Shown here in pieces: positions 1 through 8,879 of a stretch of 42,139 nucleotides of DNA. Below the pieces are notes generated by a model. That model was not told where the DNA came from. It did no database searches and saw only the letters and a program-made list of their open reading frames with translations. Every line of letters starts with the position of its first letter. Positions within the stretch are counted from its first letter, which is position 1. The stretch comes from a virus (lineage: Duplodnaviria > Caudoviricetes): IMG/VR virus record IMGVR_UViG_3300047272_000369, positions 1-42,139 of that record; one strand, given 5' to 3'. The translations under genes and the position numbers were made by a program.

Positions 1-120
1 GCCGGGAGTTGGTGATGACCAAGAATACGCAGCCCGTTAACCTTGTGGCCGCTGAGTGGCACGAAATTGAAGCACTTGAAGACGGCACGGTGTTTGTGAA
101 CGTCTTTGCGGAAGGTAAAC
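1..120. repeat. 120-bp direct terminal repeat (left copy); circular-assembly overlap
   Basis: Identical to 42020-42139; lies inside a reading frame that continues across the join. Confidence 0.95.
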
Positions 121-125
121 AATGA
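1..125 (+). CDS. 3' end of cupin-domain protein that starts at 41866 and wraps across the join
   Basis: Frame reads ...WHEIEALEDGTVFVNVFAEGKQ-stop; TGA 123-125 overlaps the next ATG (ATGA coupling). Confidence 0.8.
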   Translation, partial: RELVMTKNTQPVNLVAAEWHEIEALEDGTVFVNVFAEGKQ

Positions 126-1225
126 GCCAAGTAAAAGCCAACTCCTACTACGACACCTCTGGCGGCTCTAACGCTGTTCTGTATGGTGTTGCTGCTCCTG
201 CTAACAGCATGGGGTTCAGAAATCGTCTGATTAACGGAGACTGTCGCATAGATCAGCGCAATGCTGGGGCGAGTGTGACGCCTACATCGGCTGGTTACAC
301 GCTTGATCGCTGGAAGTCGGAGATTACTCAATCGTCCAAGTTTTCGGTACAGCGGTCTACAACGACGGCGACCGGATTCACCAATAGCCTGCTAGTGACC
401 TCTTTGTCTGCATATTCCATTAGCTCAACCGATGAGTTTTTGCAGCGTCAGAACATTGAAGGGTTCAACACTGCCGACCTTGCATGGGGTACGGCATCCG
501 CGCAGGCCGTTACGCTTTCTTTTTTGGTGCGGTCTTCGTTGACGGGCACCTTCGGCGGTTCTCTTCAGAACTCTGGCGCAAACCGCTGCTATCCTTTCAC
601 CTTCACAATCAGCGCAGCCAACACGTTTGAGTATAAAACTGTCACGATTGCTGGTGACACCACAGGCACTTGGGTTACGGACAACGGCATCGGTATCCGG
701 GTCAACTTTGGCTTGGGGGTTGGATCGACATACTCCGGCACGGCTGGCGCATGGTCTTCCACCTACTACTCCTCTGCCACCGGCGCAACCTCTGTAGTCG
801 GCACCAACGGAGCCACCTTCTACATCACCGGCGTCCAGCTTGAAGCTGGCTCAGTCGCCTCGCCGTTTGAGCGCGTGGAGTACGGCGCAATGCTTCGTGC
901 TTGCCAGCGGTACGCGATTAAGTACCTCGGCAACGGGGCTTATGAAAAGCTATCTCTATGCGGCTGGGCATCTTCATCGACAACATTTACAGGCGCCTTT
1001 GCACTTCCGGTTCCAATGCGAAGCTCGCCAACAGTGACGTTTTCGTCGTTGGCTTGTGCAACCACAGGTGGATCAAGCGCGGTTAGCGCGGTAAACGTCG
1101 ATCAGACGTCAACCCTATCGCCCAGTTTTAACTTTGTGACGACGGGCCTGACGACTGGGTACGCATCCGTCGTTCAGGCTAATAACAGCACATCGGCCTT
1201 TGTGCTTCTTTCTTCGGAGTTGTAA
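122..1225 (+). CDS. Tail fibre / virion appendage protein (367 aa, S/T/G-rich)
   Basis: RNRLINGDCRIDQRN, GVQLEAGSVASPFE and CQRY motifs typical of phage fibre proteins; structural context. Confidence 0.7.
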   Translation: MSQVKANSYYDTSGGSNAVLYGVAAPANSMGFRNRLINGDCRIDQRNAGASVTPTSAGYTLDRWKSEITQSSKFSVQRSTTTATGFTNSLLVTSLSAYSISSTDEFLQRQNIEGFNTADLAWGTASAQAVTLSFLVRSSLTGTFGGSLQNSGANRCYPFTFTISAANTFEYKTVTIAGDTTGTWVTDNGIGIRVNFGLGVGSTYSGTAGAWSSTYYSSATGATSVVGTNGATFYITGVQLEAGSVASPFERVEYGAMLRACQRYAIKYLGNGAYEKLSLCGWASSSTTFTGAFALPVPMRSSPTVTFSSLACATTGGSSAVSAVNVDQTSTLSPSFNFVTTGLTTGYASVVQANNSTSAFVLLSSEL

Positions 1226-1387
1226 ATGTACCAACTTAGTCCACTGCTCCAAAGCGCACAAACCAGTGTCATTCGGATGGCTGACGGCGCTTGCATCCCT
1301 TTCGACCCCGCCAACACCGACTACCAGGCGTATCTGAAGTGGCTGGCGGAGGGCAATGTCCCGATTCCCGCTGATCAACCTGAATAA
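1226..1387 (+). CDS. Small tail-fibre-associated protein (53 aa; not in ORF track)
   Basis: MYQLSPLL...[27 protein letters not shown]; motif commonly follows fibre genes; ATG abuts the upstream stop. Confidence 0.75.
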   Translation: MYQLSPLLQSAQTSVIRMADGACIPFDPANTDYQAYLKWLAEGNVPIPADQPE

Positions 1388-1401
1388 CTCATAGGAATAG
1401 C

Positions 1402-2472
1402 ATGGCATTGAAAATTGCAGTCTATGCAATCAGTAAAAATGAGGAGCAGTTTGTAAAAAGGTTCTGTGATTCCGCAGCAGATGCGGATCTGATCCTCATT
1501 GCAGACACCGGCTCTACCGACGATACGGTCAAAGTCGCATTGGAATGTGGCGCCAAAGTCCACGACATCTTTGTCAAGCCTTGGCGCTTTGATAAGGCTC
1601 GGGATACTGCATTAGCCCTGATTCCTGGTGACTTTGATGTCTGCATCTCCCTAGACCTAGACGAGGTGCTGGAGCCGGGTTGGCGGGAAGAGATTGAACG
1701 GGTATGGATGGCTGAAACCACCAGACTGCGGTACAAATTTGATTGGGGCTGTGGGATTTCGTTCTTGTACGAAAAGATCCACCACCGGCATGGTTACCAC
1801 TGGCACCACCCGGTTCATGAATATCCCCGCCCTGATGGCCGGATTACCGAGATTTATGCCCATACGGATATGCTGCTGGTAAGCCATCACCCAGACCCGT
1901 CCAAATCTCGCGGTCAATATATGCCGTTATTGGAACTGGCGGTTAGTGAAGACCCACATTGCCCACGGAATGCGTTTTATCACGCTAGAGAGCTAACTTT
2001 CTATGCCCGATGGGATGAAGCAATAGCCGCTTTGTCCAAATATTTGGACATGCCTGGGGCTACTTGGCCAAATGAACGCTGTTATGCCATGCGACTACTG
2101 GGTAAGGCCCATGATGAGCTTGGAAGGCCGTATGACGCGCTTAAATGGTATCGTTTGGCAGTGGCTGAAGCTCCGGGTACTCGGGAGCCTTGGGTAGACC
2201 TCTCCATGGCCTGTTATCGGCTGCATTTGTGGGCAGAAAGCTACTCAGCTGCTAAATCCGCTCTACAGATCACGGATAAGGCTTTGGCATACACCATGGA
2301 CCCGTCTGTGTGGACGGAAAAGCCTTGGGATTTGGGCAGTATTGCTGCTTGGCATTTGGGGCTGAAAGATGAAGCTATCCAGCTTTGTCAGGAAGCATTA
2401 AAATTTTCCCCAACTGACTCTCGTCTATTAAACAATTTAGTTCAAATGACGGAGCAACCAACGGTGGACTGA
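1402..2472 (+). CDS. Family 2 glycosyltransferase with C-terminal TPR-like repeats
   Basis: IAVYAISKNEE, IADTGSTDDT, FDKARD and SLDLDE (DxD) GT-A motifs; helical TPR-like C-terminal half; AGGA RBS. Confidence 0.88.
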   Translation: MALKIAVYAISKNEEQFVKRFCDSAADADLILIADTGSTDDTVKVALECGAKVHDIFVKPWRFDKARDTALALIPGDFDVCISLDLDEVLEPGWREEIERVWMAETTRLRYKFDWGCGISFLYEKIHHRHGYHWHHPVHEYPRPDGRITEIYAHTDMLLVSHHPDPSKSRGQYMPLLELAVSEDPHCPRNAFYHARELTFYARWDEAIAALSKYLDMPGATWPNERCYAMRLLGKAHDELGRPYDALKWYRLAVAEAPGTREPWVDLSMACYRLHLWAESYSAAKSALQITDKALAYTMDPSVWTEKPWDLGSIAAWHLGLKDEAIQLCQEALKFSPTDSRLLNNLVQMTEQPTVD

Positions 2473-2473
2473 T

Positions 2474-4087
2474 ATGTCTGATTACCAAAGAATTCGCACC
2501 CCCTTTGTTGGCATGTCCTTTACCCCGGATGTGCCCAGCAATGCTTTGGGTCCGAGTGAATACAACAGCGGATATAACGTCGAAACCGATGTCCGTGGAA
2601 TCAAAAAGATCTTTGGTGAGCAGGAAATCCTGACGGCGGTTCCAAATAGCGCCATCTTCATGGAAGGCGGTTTCCGTAATGAAACCACTTGGAATTACAT
2701 TGTTGCTACCCGGGATAGCTCCAGCCAAGGTCGCTGGTATCTGGTTGGTTCGGCAGGCGTAACCAACATTACCCCGGGCGTTGGCTCTAATCCCTCTGTG
2801 TATCTTTCTGGATACACTGCTGACCTCAATATCACCACCTCATGGGTTGGCGGTGTGTTCTTTGTGAATGACACGCTGAATAACCCGATGTATCTGCTGC
2901 CTACTGGCACAGAACTGGTTGTTACTGCTGATGCGCAGTGGAACTATGACGTTGGGGTAACTAAGACTGTGGCTGGCTTTGTCCGCAACTATTGCTCACC
3001 CAATGTGGGCAATATTTTGATTGCAGGCAACCTGACCAAAACCGCCAGTGGTATTGACACCAATTACCCGACGACGGTGCGGTGGTCTCAATCCTTCACT
3101 AGTTCCGGTGTTCCTACGACCTGGGAGCCTACGCTATCCAACGTGGCCAACGAGCAGGAAGTCCCTGTCCGTGGACCGCTGATTGACGGCTTTTTCTTGG
3201 GTGCAAATTTTTATGTCTGCTCGTACTGGGATACGGTTGTCTTTAGCCCGATTTCGTACCAGAGCAGTGCTGTGCCTGTGTTTGGTGTACGTCTTCTTAA
3301 TCAGGGCCGTGGTCTCCTAAACAACAACTGCTGGACCAATACCGATTCCATGGTTTATGGCCTAGATGCCCGAGATATTTGGGTATTTGACGGTTCTAAT
3401 TTCACCTCGCTGGGCAATCAACGGGTAAAAGACTATTTCTTCAACAATCTGAACCCTACTTATTACTCCCGGGTGTTCATGGTGAACAATACCCAGAAGT
3501 ATCAGATTGAGGTTTATTACCCGGACCTGAACAGTACCGGGTGGTGCAACAAGATGCTGTCGTATCGCTACGACCTCGGGGTCTGGAATGCGCCTAAAGA
3601 CATTGAAGATGCCTGCATGGGTACGGAAGGACCTCGTTACGTCAGCGGTAGTTTTAATCTTGCATCTCGGACTGTTGTATATGCGCGTGGTGATTTGGCG
3701 GGTCAAAAGCTAATCCAAACCAACACCGGCAATTCGTTTATCAATTCAGCGCCAATTCCGGCTCTTTTTGAGCGCACTAACCTGACCATGGCTACTGCTA
3801 ACGGTCCTATTCCGTTTAGCTCTAGCGTGTATGCGCACCGATTGCTGCCGGAGATTGCTGGATCTGGAACGATTAATATCACGGTTGGTGGCGCTTATTC
3901 CACTGCACAAGATCCTGTTTATGGCCAGACTGGTGTAACGGAAGTTGTAACGAATACGCCCTGGGTCACTACCCAACAAAATAATTTCCGTACGGTAGCT
4001 GTCAAGGTTGAGTCCAACGATGCCACCGACACCTGGAACCTGACTGCCTTGAATTGGCAAGCCAGCATTGTTGAGGACGCTTTCTAA
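2474..4087 (+). CDS. Putative tail hub / nozzle (P22 gp10-like DNA stabilisation protein)
   Basis: 537-aa beta-rich protein with TVRWS and aromatic-rich strands; position before fibre and ejection genes. Confidence 0.55.
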   Translation: MSDYQRIRTPFVGMSFTPDVPSNALGPSEYNSGYNVETDVRGIKKIFGEQEILTAVPNSAIFMEGGFRNETTWNYIVATRDSSSQGRWYLVGSAGVTNITPGVGSNPSVYLSGYTADLNITTSWVGGVFFVNDTLNNPMYLLPTGTELVVTADAQWNYDVGVTKTVAGFVRNYCSPNVGNILIAGNLTKTASGIDTNYPTTVRWSQSFTSSGVPTTWEPTLSNVANEQEVPVRGPLIDGFFLGANFYVCSYWDTVVFSPISYQSSAVPVFGVRLLNQGRGLLNNNCWTNTDSMVYGLDARDIWVFDGSNFTSLGNQRVKDYFFNNLNPTYYSRVFMVNNTQKYQIEVYYPDLNSTGWCNKMLSYRYDLGVWNAPKDIEDACMGTEGPRYVSGSFNLASRTVVYARGDLAGQKLIQTNTGNSFINSAPIPALFERTNLTMATANGPIPFSSSVYAHRLLPEIAGSGTINITVGGAYSTAQDPVYGQTGVTEVVTNTPWVTTQQNNFRTVAVKVESNDATDTWNLTALNWQASIVEDAF

Positions 4088-5307
4088 TGCCGTTCGCTCT
4101 TGATGCTCAAGCCACTGGCAGCGAACTGTCAGAAGCCATTAATTATTTGCTGGCCAACCTCTCTGAAGGTTTGTCAGTCAATGATCAAACGGGGCAAATT
4201 ACTGCGCCTAATGGCAATGTGGTGGCTTATGTCTACAAGTATTTGGCCGTCAAATATGCAGACAGCTTTGATGGCTCCCTAAACTTCAGCAACACCCCTA
4301 CAAACCGGGAATATTACGGACTGCGCAATACCGACAGTTCGGTGGAATCCACGAATCCTGCGGACTATGTTTGGTACAAGGTCAGCGGTGGTTTTGGCAC
4401 CACGAAATTCTTGTTCTACTTGACCACTGGTGGTCGTGGGATTGAGTTCTATGTGGGAACTGCCGCGCCCAGTCAGTTCTATGTGCAGGACAACGGCTCC
4501 AGCATTGATCTGGACTTTGTGACGGGAGCTACAACCTCTCCGTCCAACTTTGCCGTTCTGCGTATTGCAAACGATTTCAGCCCGCCTACGGATGCTGAGG
4601 TGCTGTCCTCGATTGGTCGTCTACCGATTAATGGCGACCTGTGTATCGTGAACTACAACACTGGTGCTGCTTCGATTCAGTATCGGTATTACAGCGGCTG
4701 GACCATTTTTCAGAAAATTCTGACTGGTGATCTGGTTGTCGCCAACAGCATTACCGGTACCAACATTGCAGCCAACACCGTAACCGCCAGCAACATGGTG
4801 GCCGGTACGATTACAGCAGCAAGCGGAATTATTGCGGATGCTGCAATTACCACTGCGAAAATTGATGATCTGCAAGTATCAACAATTAAAATTGCAAACT
4901 TTGCAGTTTCTAATTACTTTTATTTGCAATATAGCTCGACCGGATCAGGAAGTTATTCCGATTTAAGTATTGGCACTTTGCCAGCAAACTCCAGCATTAT
5001 TTGTATTGTGCAAGCGCAATACGATGTTGGTACTGCTGCATCTAACTGGGCATGGTTAAGTATTGGTTTGAATGGTTTTGGTAGTCCAACAGGCGGCGTT
5101 GGTAATCCTCTTTCATTTTTTTGGCCACGCGTTAGTTCATCGACAAGCGTCCCTGTAACTGGTGCATCCATGGGATTGGTTGGCAATATTGCAATTGCTG
5201 GCCCTTCGACTAGTACGCCCAGTAGTTTCTTGCGCTTCTCTCAAACTGCTGGCAGCACATTTGTCGGCGTTAACTTTAACGTTGTCGTAATTATTTTTAA
5301 AAAATGA
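4087..5307 (+). CDS. Tail fibre/spike protein
   Basis: IAANTVTASNMVAGTIT...ITTAKI repeats; followed by a fibre chaperone; AT-richer C-terminal domain. Confidence 0.65.
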   Translation: MPFALDAQATGSELSEAINYLLANLSEGLSVNDQTGQITAPNGNVVAYVYKYLAVKYADSFDGSLNFSNTPTNREYYGLRNTDSSVESTNPADYVWYKVSGGFGTTKFLFYLTTGGRGIEFYVGTAAPSQFYVQDNGSSIDLDFVTGATTSPSNFAVLRIANDFSPPTDAEVLSSIGRLPINGDLCIVNYNTGAASIQYRYYSGWTIFQKILTGDLVVANSITGTNIAANTVTASNMVAGTITAASGIIADAAITTAKIDDLQVSTIKIANFAVSNYFYLQYSSTGSGSYSDLSIGTLPANSSIICIVQAQYDVGTAASNWAWLSIGLNGFGSPTGGVGNPLSFFWPRVSSSTSVPVTGASMGLVGNIAIAGPSTSTPSSFLRFSQTAGSTFVGVNFNVVVIIFKK

Positions 5308-5750
5308 ACAGCATTAGCATTTACCTGCTTGCAAACGGTCAATATAGCCGAACAGTTGGCGCTCCGACCGAAGAGCTATTGTTGTTGCAAGTCAAGGATG
5401 GTGAGAAAGGTTTGTTTGATATTGCAAACCCATCGTCCTATTATTTAGACAGTAATGGCGAAACACTTATTCAAATTCCGCCCAAACCGTCTGAATACTC
5501 GATTTTTGATTACACTCTAAAAGAATGGGTTGATCCCCGCACGGATCAGCAAAAATACGACGATGCCGTCAATGTGGCCATACCGCAGCGCAATGAACTG
5601 CTATATGCCTCGGATTGGACGCAAATCCCTAATAACCCGCTAACTGCTGAAAAACAGCAGGAATGGGCGGTATATCGCCAAGAACTGCGGGACATTACAA
5701 TCCAAGCAGGCTATCCTTTTAACATTGTTTGGCCAGTTCAGCCGGAGTAA
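5304..5750 (+). CDS. Tail fibre assembly chaperone
   Basis: RNELLYASDWTQ...WAVYRQELRDI...IVWP signature. Confidence 0.85.
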   Translation: MNSISIYLLANGQYSRTVGAPTEELLLLQVKDGEKGLFDIANPSSYYLDSNGETLIQIPPKPSEYSIFDYTLKEWVDPRTDQQKYDDAVNVAIPQRNELLYASDWTQIPNNPLTAEKQQEWAVYRQELRDITIQAGYPFNIVWPVQPE

Positions 5751-5752
5751 AT

Positions 5753-6022
5753 ATGGGTGCTTTTCAATCCAACATGCAGCGCAATCCCACGGATGTGCCT
5801 GCGTTTAATCCATACGGCAATCGACCGGCCTCTTCCTCGCCTGCAGGCAAGGGGGGTTCGGTTACTACTCCGGTGACCTCTGGACAGCCTCAGATGGGCG
5901 TACCAAATCAGTATGCAAACACCATCCAGTCAGGCGACAATACTACTACTCAACAATCCCCCATGCCCCAAGGCAAAGGTGGGGCAGTAAGCGGAGCTAC
6001 TCCGCACGGAAAGGGGATGTAA
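5753..6022 (+). CDS. Low-complexity hypothetical virion protein (89 aa)
   Basis: ATG 2 nt after the upstream stop; P/G/Q/S-rich with repeated GKGG. Confidence 0.55.
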   Translation: MGAFQSNMQRNPTDVPAFNPYGNRPASSSPAGKGGSVTTPVTSGQPQMGVPNQYANTIQSGDNTTTQQSPMPQGKGGAVSGATPHGKGM

Positions 6023-6751
6023 ATGGGAATGAGCGGCGGAAAAGGTAGTTCTAGCGGTTCGCAACAAGTTCAGATGACGCCTGAGCAGCAACGGCTGCTT
6101 ACGGCTCAAACCGACTTTTTGACGGGTACGGCATTTCCTACCTATAAAAACACGATTGGCATGGCGGGGCAGGCTTATGGCGAAGCTGCTCCTGCGGCTA
6201 CGCAAGCTGCCGAACGTGCTATTGGTACTGCCAGTCGTACTGGTGCTTTGCAAGAACTGGGCGGCACTGGTTCTTACCTGCAAGGCATGCAAGGACTAAG
6301 CACACTGTTTAGTCCTCAGTACGAAAAGCAACAGATTGCGGCTGCTTTGCAACCGGCTCAGGAAGCGGTGCGTGAAGAAATGGCGGCTCAGAATGCCATG
6401 TATGGCGGTGCTGGCGCTGCTGGTTCTGCTCGGCAAGCTCTAGCCTCCCGAAACCTTGCCAGCCTGTCTGAGGCCCGTCTGGGCAACGTTGCCGCGCAAA
6501 CTGCGGCTGGGATTGCTGGTCAGCGTCAGGCGGCTGCTACGACCCTTTTGGGTTCTGGTCAGCAAGCTCTGCAAGGTGCGCAACAATCTGCTGCTAGCCA
6601 AATTGGTTACGCTCAGACTCCTCAAGATCTGGTCAGCAAATACGCTGCTGTGGTTTACGGCACTCCGCAAGGCAGCACTACTGCTGACTTCAAGGGCACC
6701 CAAGGCACGACCGGACAAAGCTCTAGCAAGGGCGGCGGTTTTAAAATTTAA
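6023..6751 (+). CDS. Putative DNA ejection / internal virion protein
   Basis: A/Q/G-rich helical sequence with MSGGKGSSSGSQ N-terminus; position after tail genes. Confidence 0.6.
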   Translation: MGMSGGKGSSSGSQQVQMTPEQQRLLTAQTDFLTGTAFPTYKNTIGMAGQAYGEAAPAATQAAERAIGTASRTGALQELGGTGSYLQGMQGLSTLFSPQYEKQQIAAALQPAQEAVREEMAAQNAMYGGAGAAGSARQALASRNLASLSEARLGNVAAQTAAGIAGQRQAAATTLLGSGQQALQGAQQSAASQIGYAQTPQDLVSKYAAVVYGTPQGSTTADFKGTQGTTGQSSSKGGGFKI

Positions 6752-6760
6752 GGAACCCAT

Positions 6761-7147
6761 ATGGCAGACAGTGCTTTTGCAAATGCTGGCCTGGGAATGT
6801 TTGGCGGTGACAAATCTTTTGCACAAGCCGGGATGCAGGGGCCTGACAACGGAAAGCTAAAAGCTCTTCTCGGCTTGGCATTGTTTCCAGGCGGAGAGAC
6901 TGATTATTCGTTGGCAGCGAAACCCCCAGGCTCTGTGCCTCCTGCAATGGGTCAAGGCGTGGGTGTTCCTGCCGTACCCGGCGGTATTGGTTTGAATCCT
7001 CAGCAACGTAGCGGCATGGGCATGACTTCCAGCGCTGGTCTGCAAGCTCCCGCCAGTATGCCAAGTGCTACTCCCGCCGCTCCTGCTGCCAATGCGGGCC
7101 AAGGGTTGGATTTGATGAAAAGTCTTAGTTCGTTTTGGGGAGTTTAA
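6761..7147 (+). CDS. Putative internal virion protein (128 aa)
   Basis: AAGGA RBS; G/A/P-rich; within ejection cluster. Confidence 0.5.
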   Translation: MADSAFANAGLGMFGGDKSFAQAGMQGPDNGKLKALLGLALFPGGETDYSLAAKPPGSVPPAMGQGVGVPAVPGGIGLNPQQRSGMGMTSSAGLQAPASMPSATPAAPAANAGQGLDLMKSLSSFWGV

Positions 7148-7149
7148 AA

Positions 7150-8877
7150 ATGCCTGCAATTGCACCGCCGACTGACGAACAAGCAGTTACCCCGGTAGCT
7201 CCTGTTGCGCCCACTGGTGCGGCTTCGGCTGTGCCCGCGTTTAAGGCAACTCCTACCCCCGACCTGCATACGCTGTATGAGGATGCTGCTAATAGCGGCG
7301 ATCCTGCGGCGATGTATTCCCTGACTGCTAAGGCTAAGGGCACTCCGTATGAGGGTGCTATTCGTCGTTCTGCAGAAACCATGAATCGGTATGTGTCTGA
7401 GTTTGAGAAAGACATCAAGCCGATTGTTGCCGCCGGTGGTGTTGGTACTCCTCAAGGCAATATTGCTGCATCCAAGGTTTATGAAACCATTGCAGACAAG
7501 CCGGACAAGACTCGTGCTTTGGTTGAGTTGCTGATTGGCAATGACAAGTGGCGCAACTTTCTGACGGGTGGTACTCCTACCACCACGCTGGGCTATGACC
7601 GCAACGGTAAGCAGCTGGAGCGCACTGTCAATGAACTGGGGCAAACCATTTCTGTTCGTGATGCTGGCACTCGTCAATTGTTGACGCCTGCAGAAGTGGA
7701 TGAGCGTGGCGGTTTCTTGCCCTCGCTGGAAAATGCCATTGGCTTCCAGCAGCAAAAAGAAATGTCCCGCATCAATACGGTGGCCAATGAAGTTTCCACC
7801 AAGATGGCAAATGCTTCGGAGTCTGTGGCTCCGGTGCAAAAGGCTGCAGCGCAAGAGGGCGGACAACTGTTCCAAGAGCTGTATAACTTCGGCCTGACTG
7901 ACAAGCAGCGGCGTGAAATTGGTTTGTTTAGCACTCAGCAAACCTCACGGTCTCTGAATCGTTCTGCGGCTATCAATGGCTTGTCGCAAGCCATCAGCAG
8001 CACGGATAACAAAGTTGGAGCCGAATACACGGAAGCGCTCAAGCCCGCTTTGGCTGCGTTGGGTCTTAAGCTGGGTGCTGATCGTTCTATTCAAAACTCT
8101 AGCGGTCAAACTCTTAGCAAGAGTGAACTGGAGCAGCTGCAGAAGTCCTTGTCCGAGGGCTCGGAATTCCAGCAGCAATTTAATCAAAACAAAGCGGATT
8201 TCTTGGCCAATCAGGTCTTCAAGGATCTGACTCCTGAGCAACGCGCCAAGCTGGGCCGGGCAATGGACCTGCAGTTCTCGCTGGCCAAAAATGACAGCGA
8301 CTTGGCTGGCAAGAATCAACGCCTGCCTTTCCTGCTAAACCCTGCCGCTTATCAGGTGGGAGATGAATTCCACCGTGCTGAGGCCTCCATGCTTGTGCAT
8401 GAGTTCAATGCGGATGCTGCTGGTTTGTATGCGGAGTGGCGTCGGGAACAATTGAAGAACTACACGGCTAAAGGTCAACTGCCTCAGCCCATGGAGTTGG
8501 AATCTGCGTTTGCGCGTTCTGACGAATACAAGCAATTGCGCTCTGCGTTTAAAGCTCGGAATGAAGCGATCTTTAATCGTCCTCCGCCCATTAACTCGCA
8601 ACCAGCTGCCTCTAAAGCCGCAGTTCCGGAAACGCCTGTCGGCACCTTGGCGACAGAAAGTCCTCGCGCACTTGGGATTACGGTTCCGGATGTGACGGCA
8701 ACTCCAGCGTTGGTTGAGCGCAAATTCAGCAAGCCGAATGTGACACCTGCTAAAGCTGCTGCGCCTGCTGCGGCAACTGGTTTGCTTCCTACTGAAGGCG
8801 AAGCGGCCTCGGCTCTTTCTCGCGTCATGAAGCGGCCTGCTCTAACTGATCTGATCAAGAAACACGGGGGCCGCTAA
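7150..8877 (+). CDS. Large putative ejection / internal virion protein
   Basis: Long helical A/Q/E/K-rich ORF; ATG 7150 follows the upstream stop. Confidence 0.55.
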   Translation: MPAIAPPTDEQAVTPVAPVAPTGAASAVPAFKATPTPDLHTLYEDAANSGDPAAMYSLTAKAKGTPYEGAIRRSAETMNRYVSEFEKDIKPIVAAGGVGTPQGNIAASKVYETIADKPDKTRALVELLIGNDKWRNFLTGGTPTTTLGYDRNGKQLERTVNELGQTISVRDAGTRQLLTPAEVDERGGFLPSLENAIGFQQQKEMSRINTVANEVSTKMANASESVAPVQKAAAQEGGQLFQELYNFGLTDKQRREIGLFSTQQTSRSLNRSAAINGLSQAISSTDNKVGAEYTEALKPALAALGLKLGADRSIQNSSGQTLSKSELEQLQKSLSEGSEFQQQFNQNKADFLANQVFKDLTPEQRAKLGRAMDLQFSLAKNDSDLAGKNQRLPFLLNPAAYQVGDEFHRAEASMLVHEFNADAAGLYAEWRREQLKNYTAKGQLPQPMELESAFARSDEYKQLRSAFKARNEAIFNRPPPINSQPAASKAAVPETPVGTLATESPRALGITVPDVTATPALVERKFSKPNVTPAKAAAPAAATGLLPTEGEAASALSRVMKRPALTDLIKKHGGR

Positions 8878-8879
8878 TC

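Noticed and set aside
1-120. Terminal repeat as a biological DTR
   Set aside because: It falls in the middle of a coding sequence in the structural operon; best explained as assembler overlap of a circular contig
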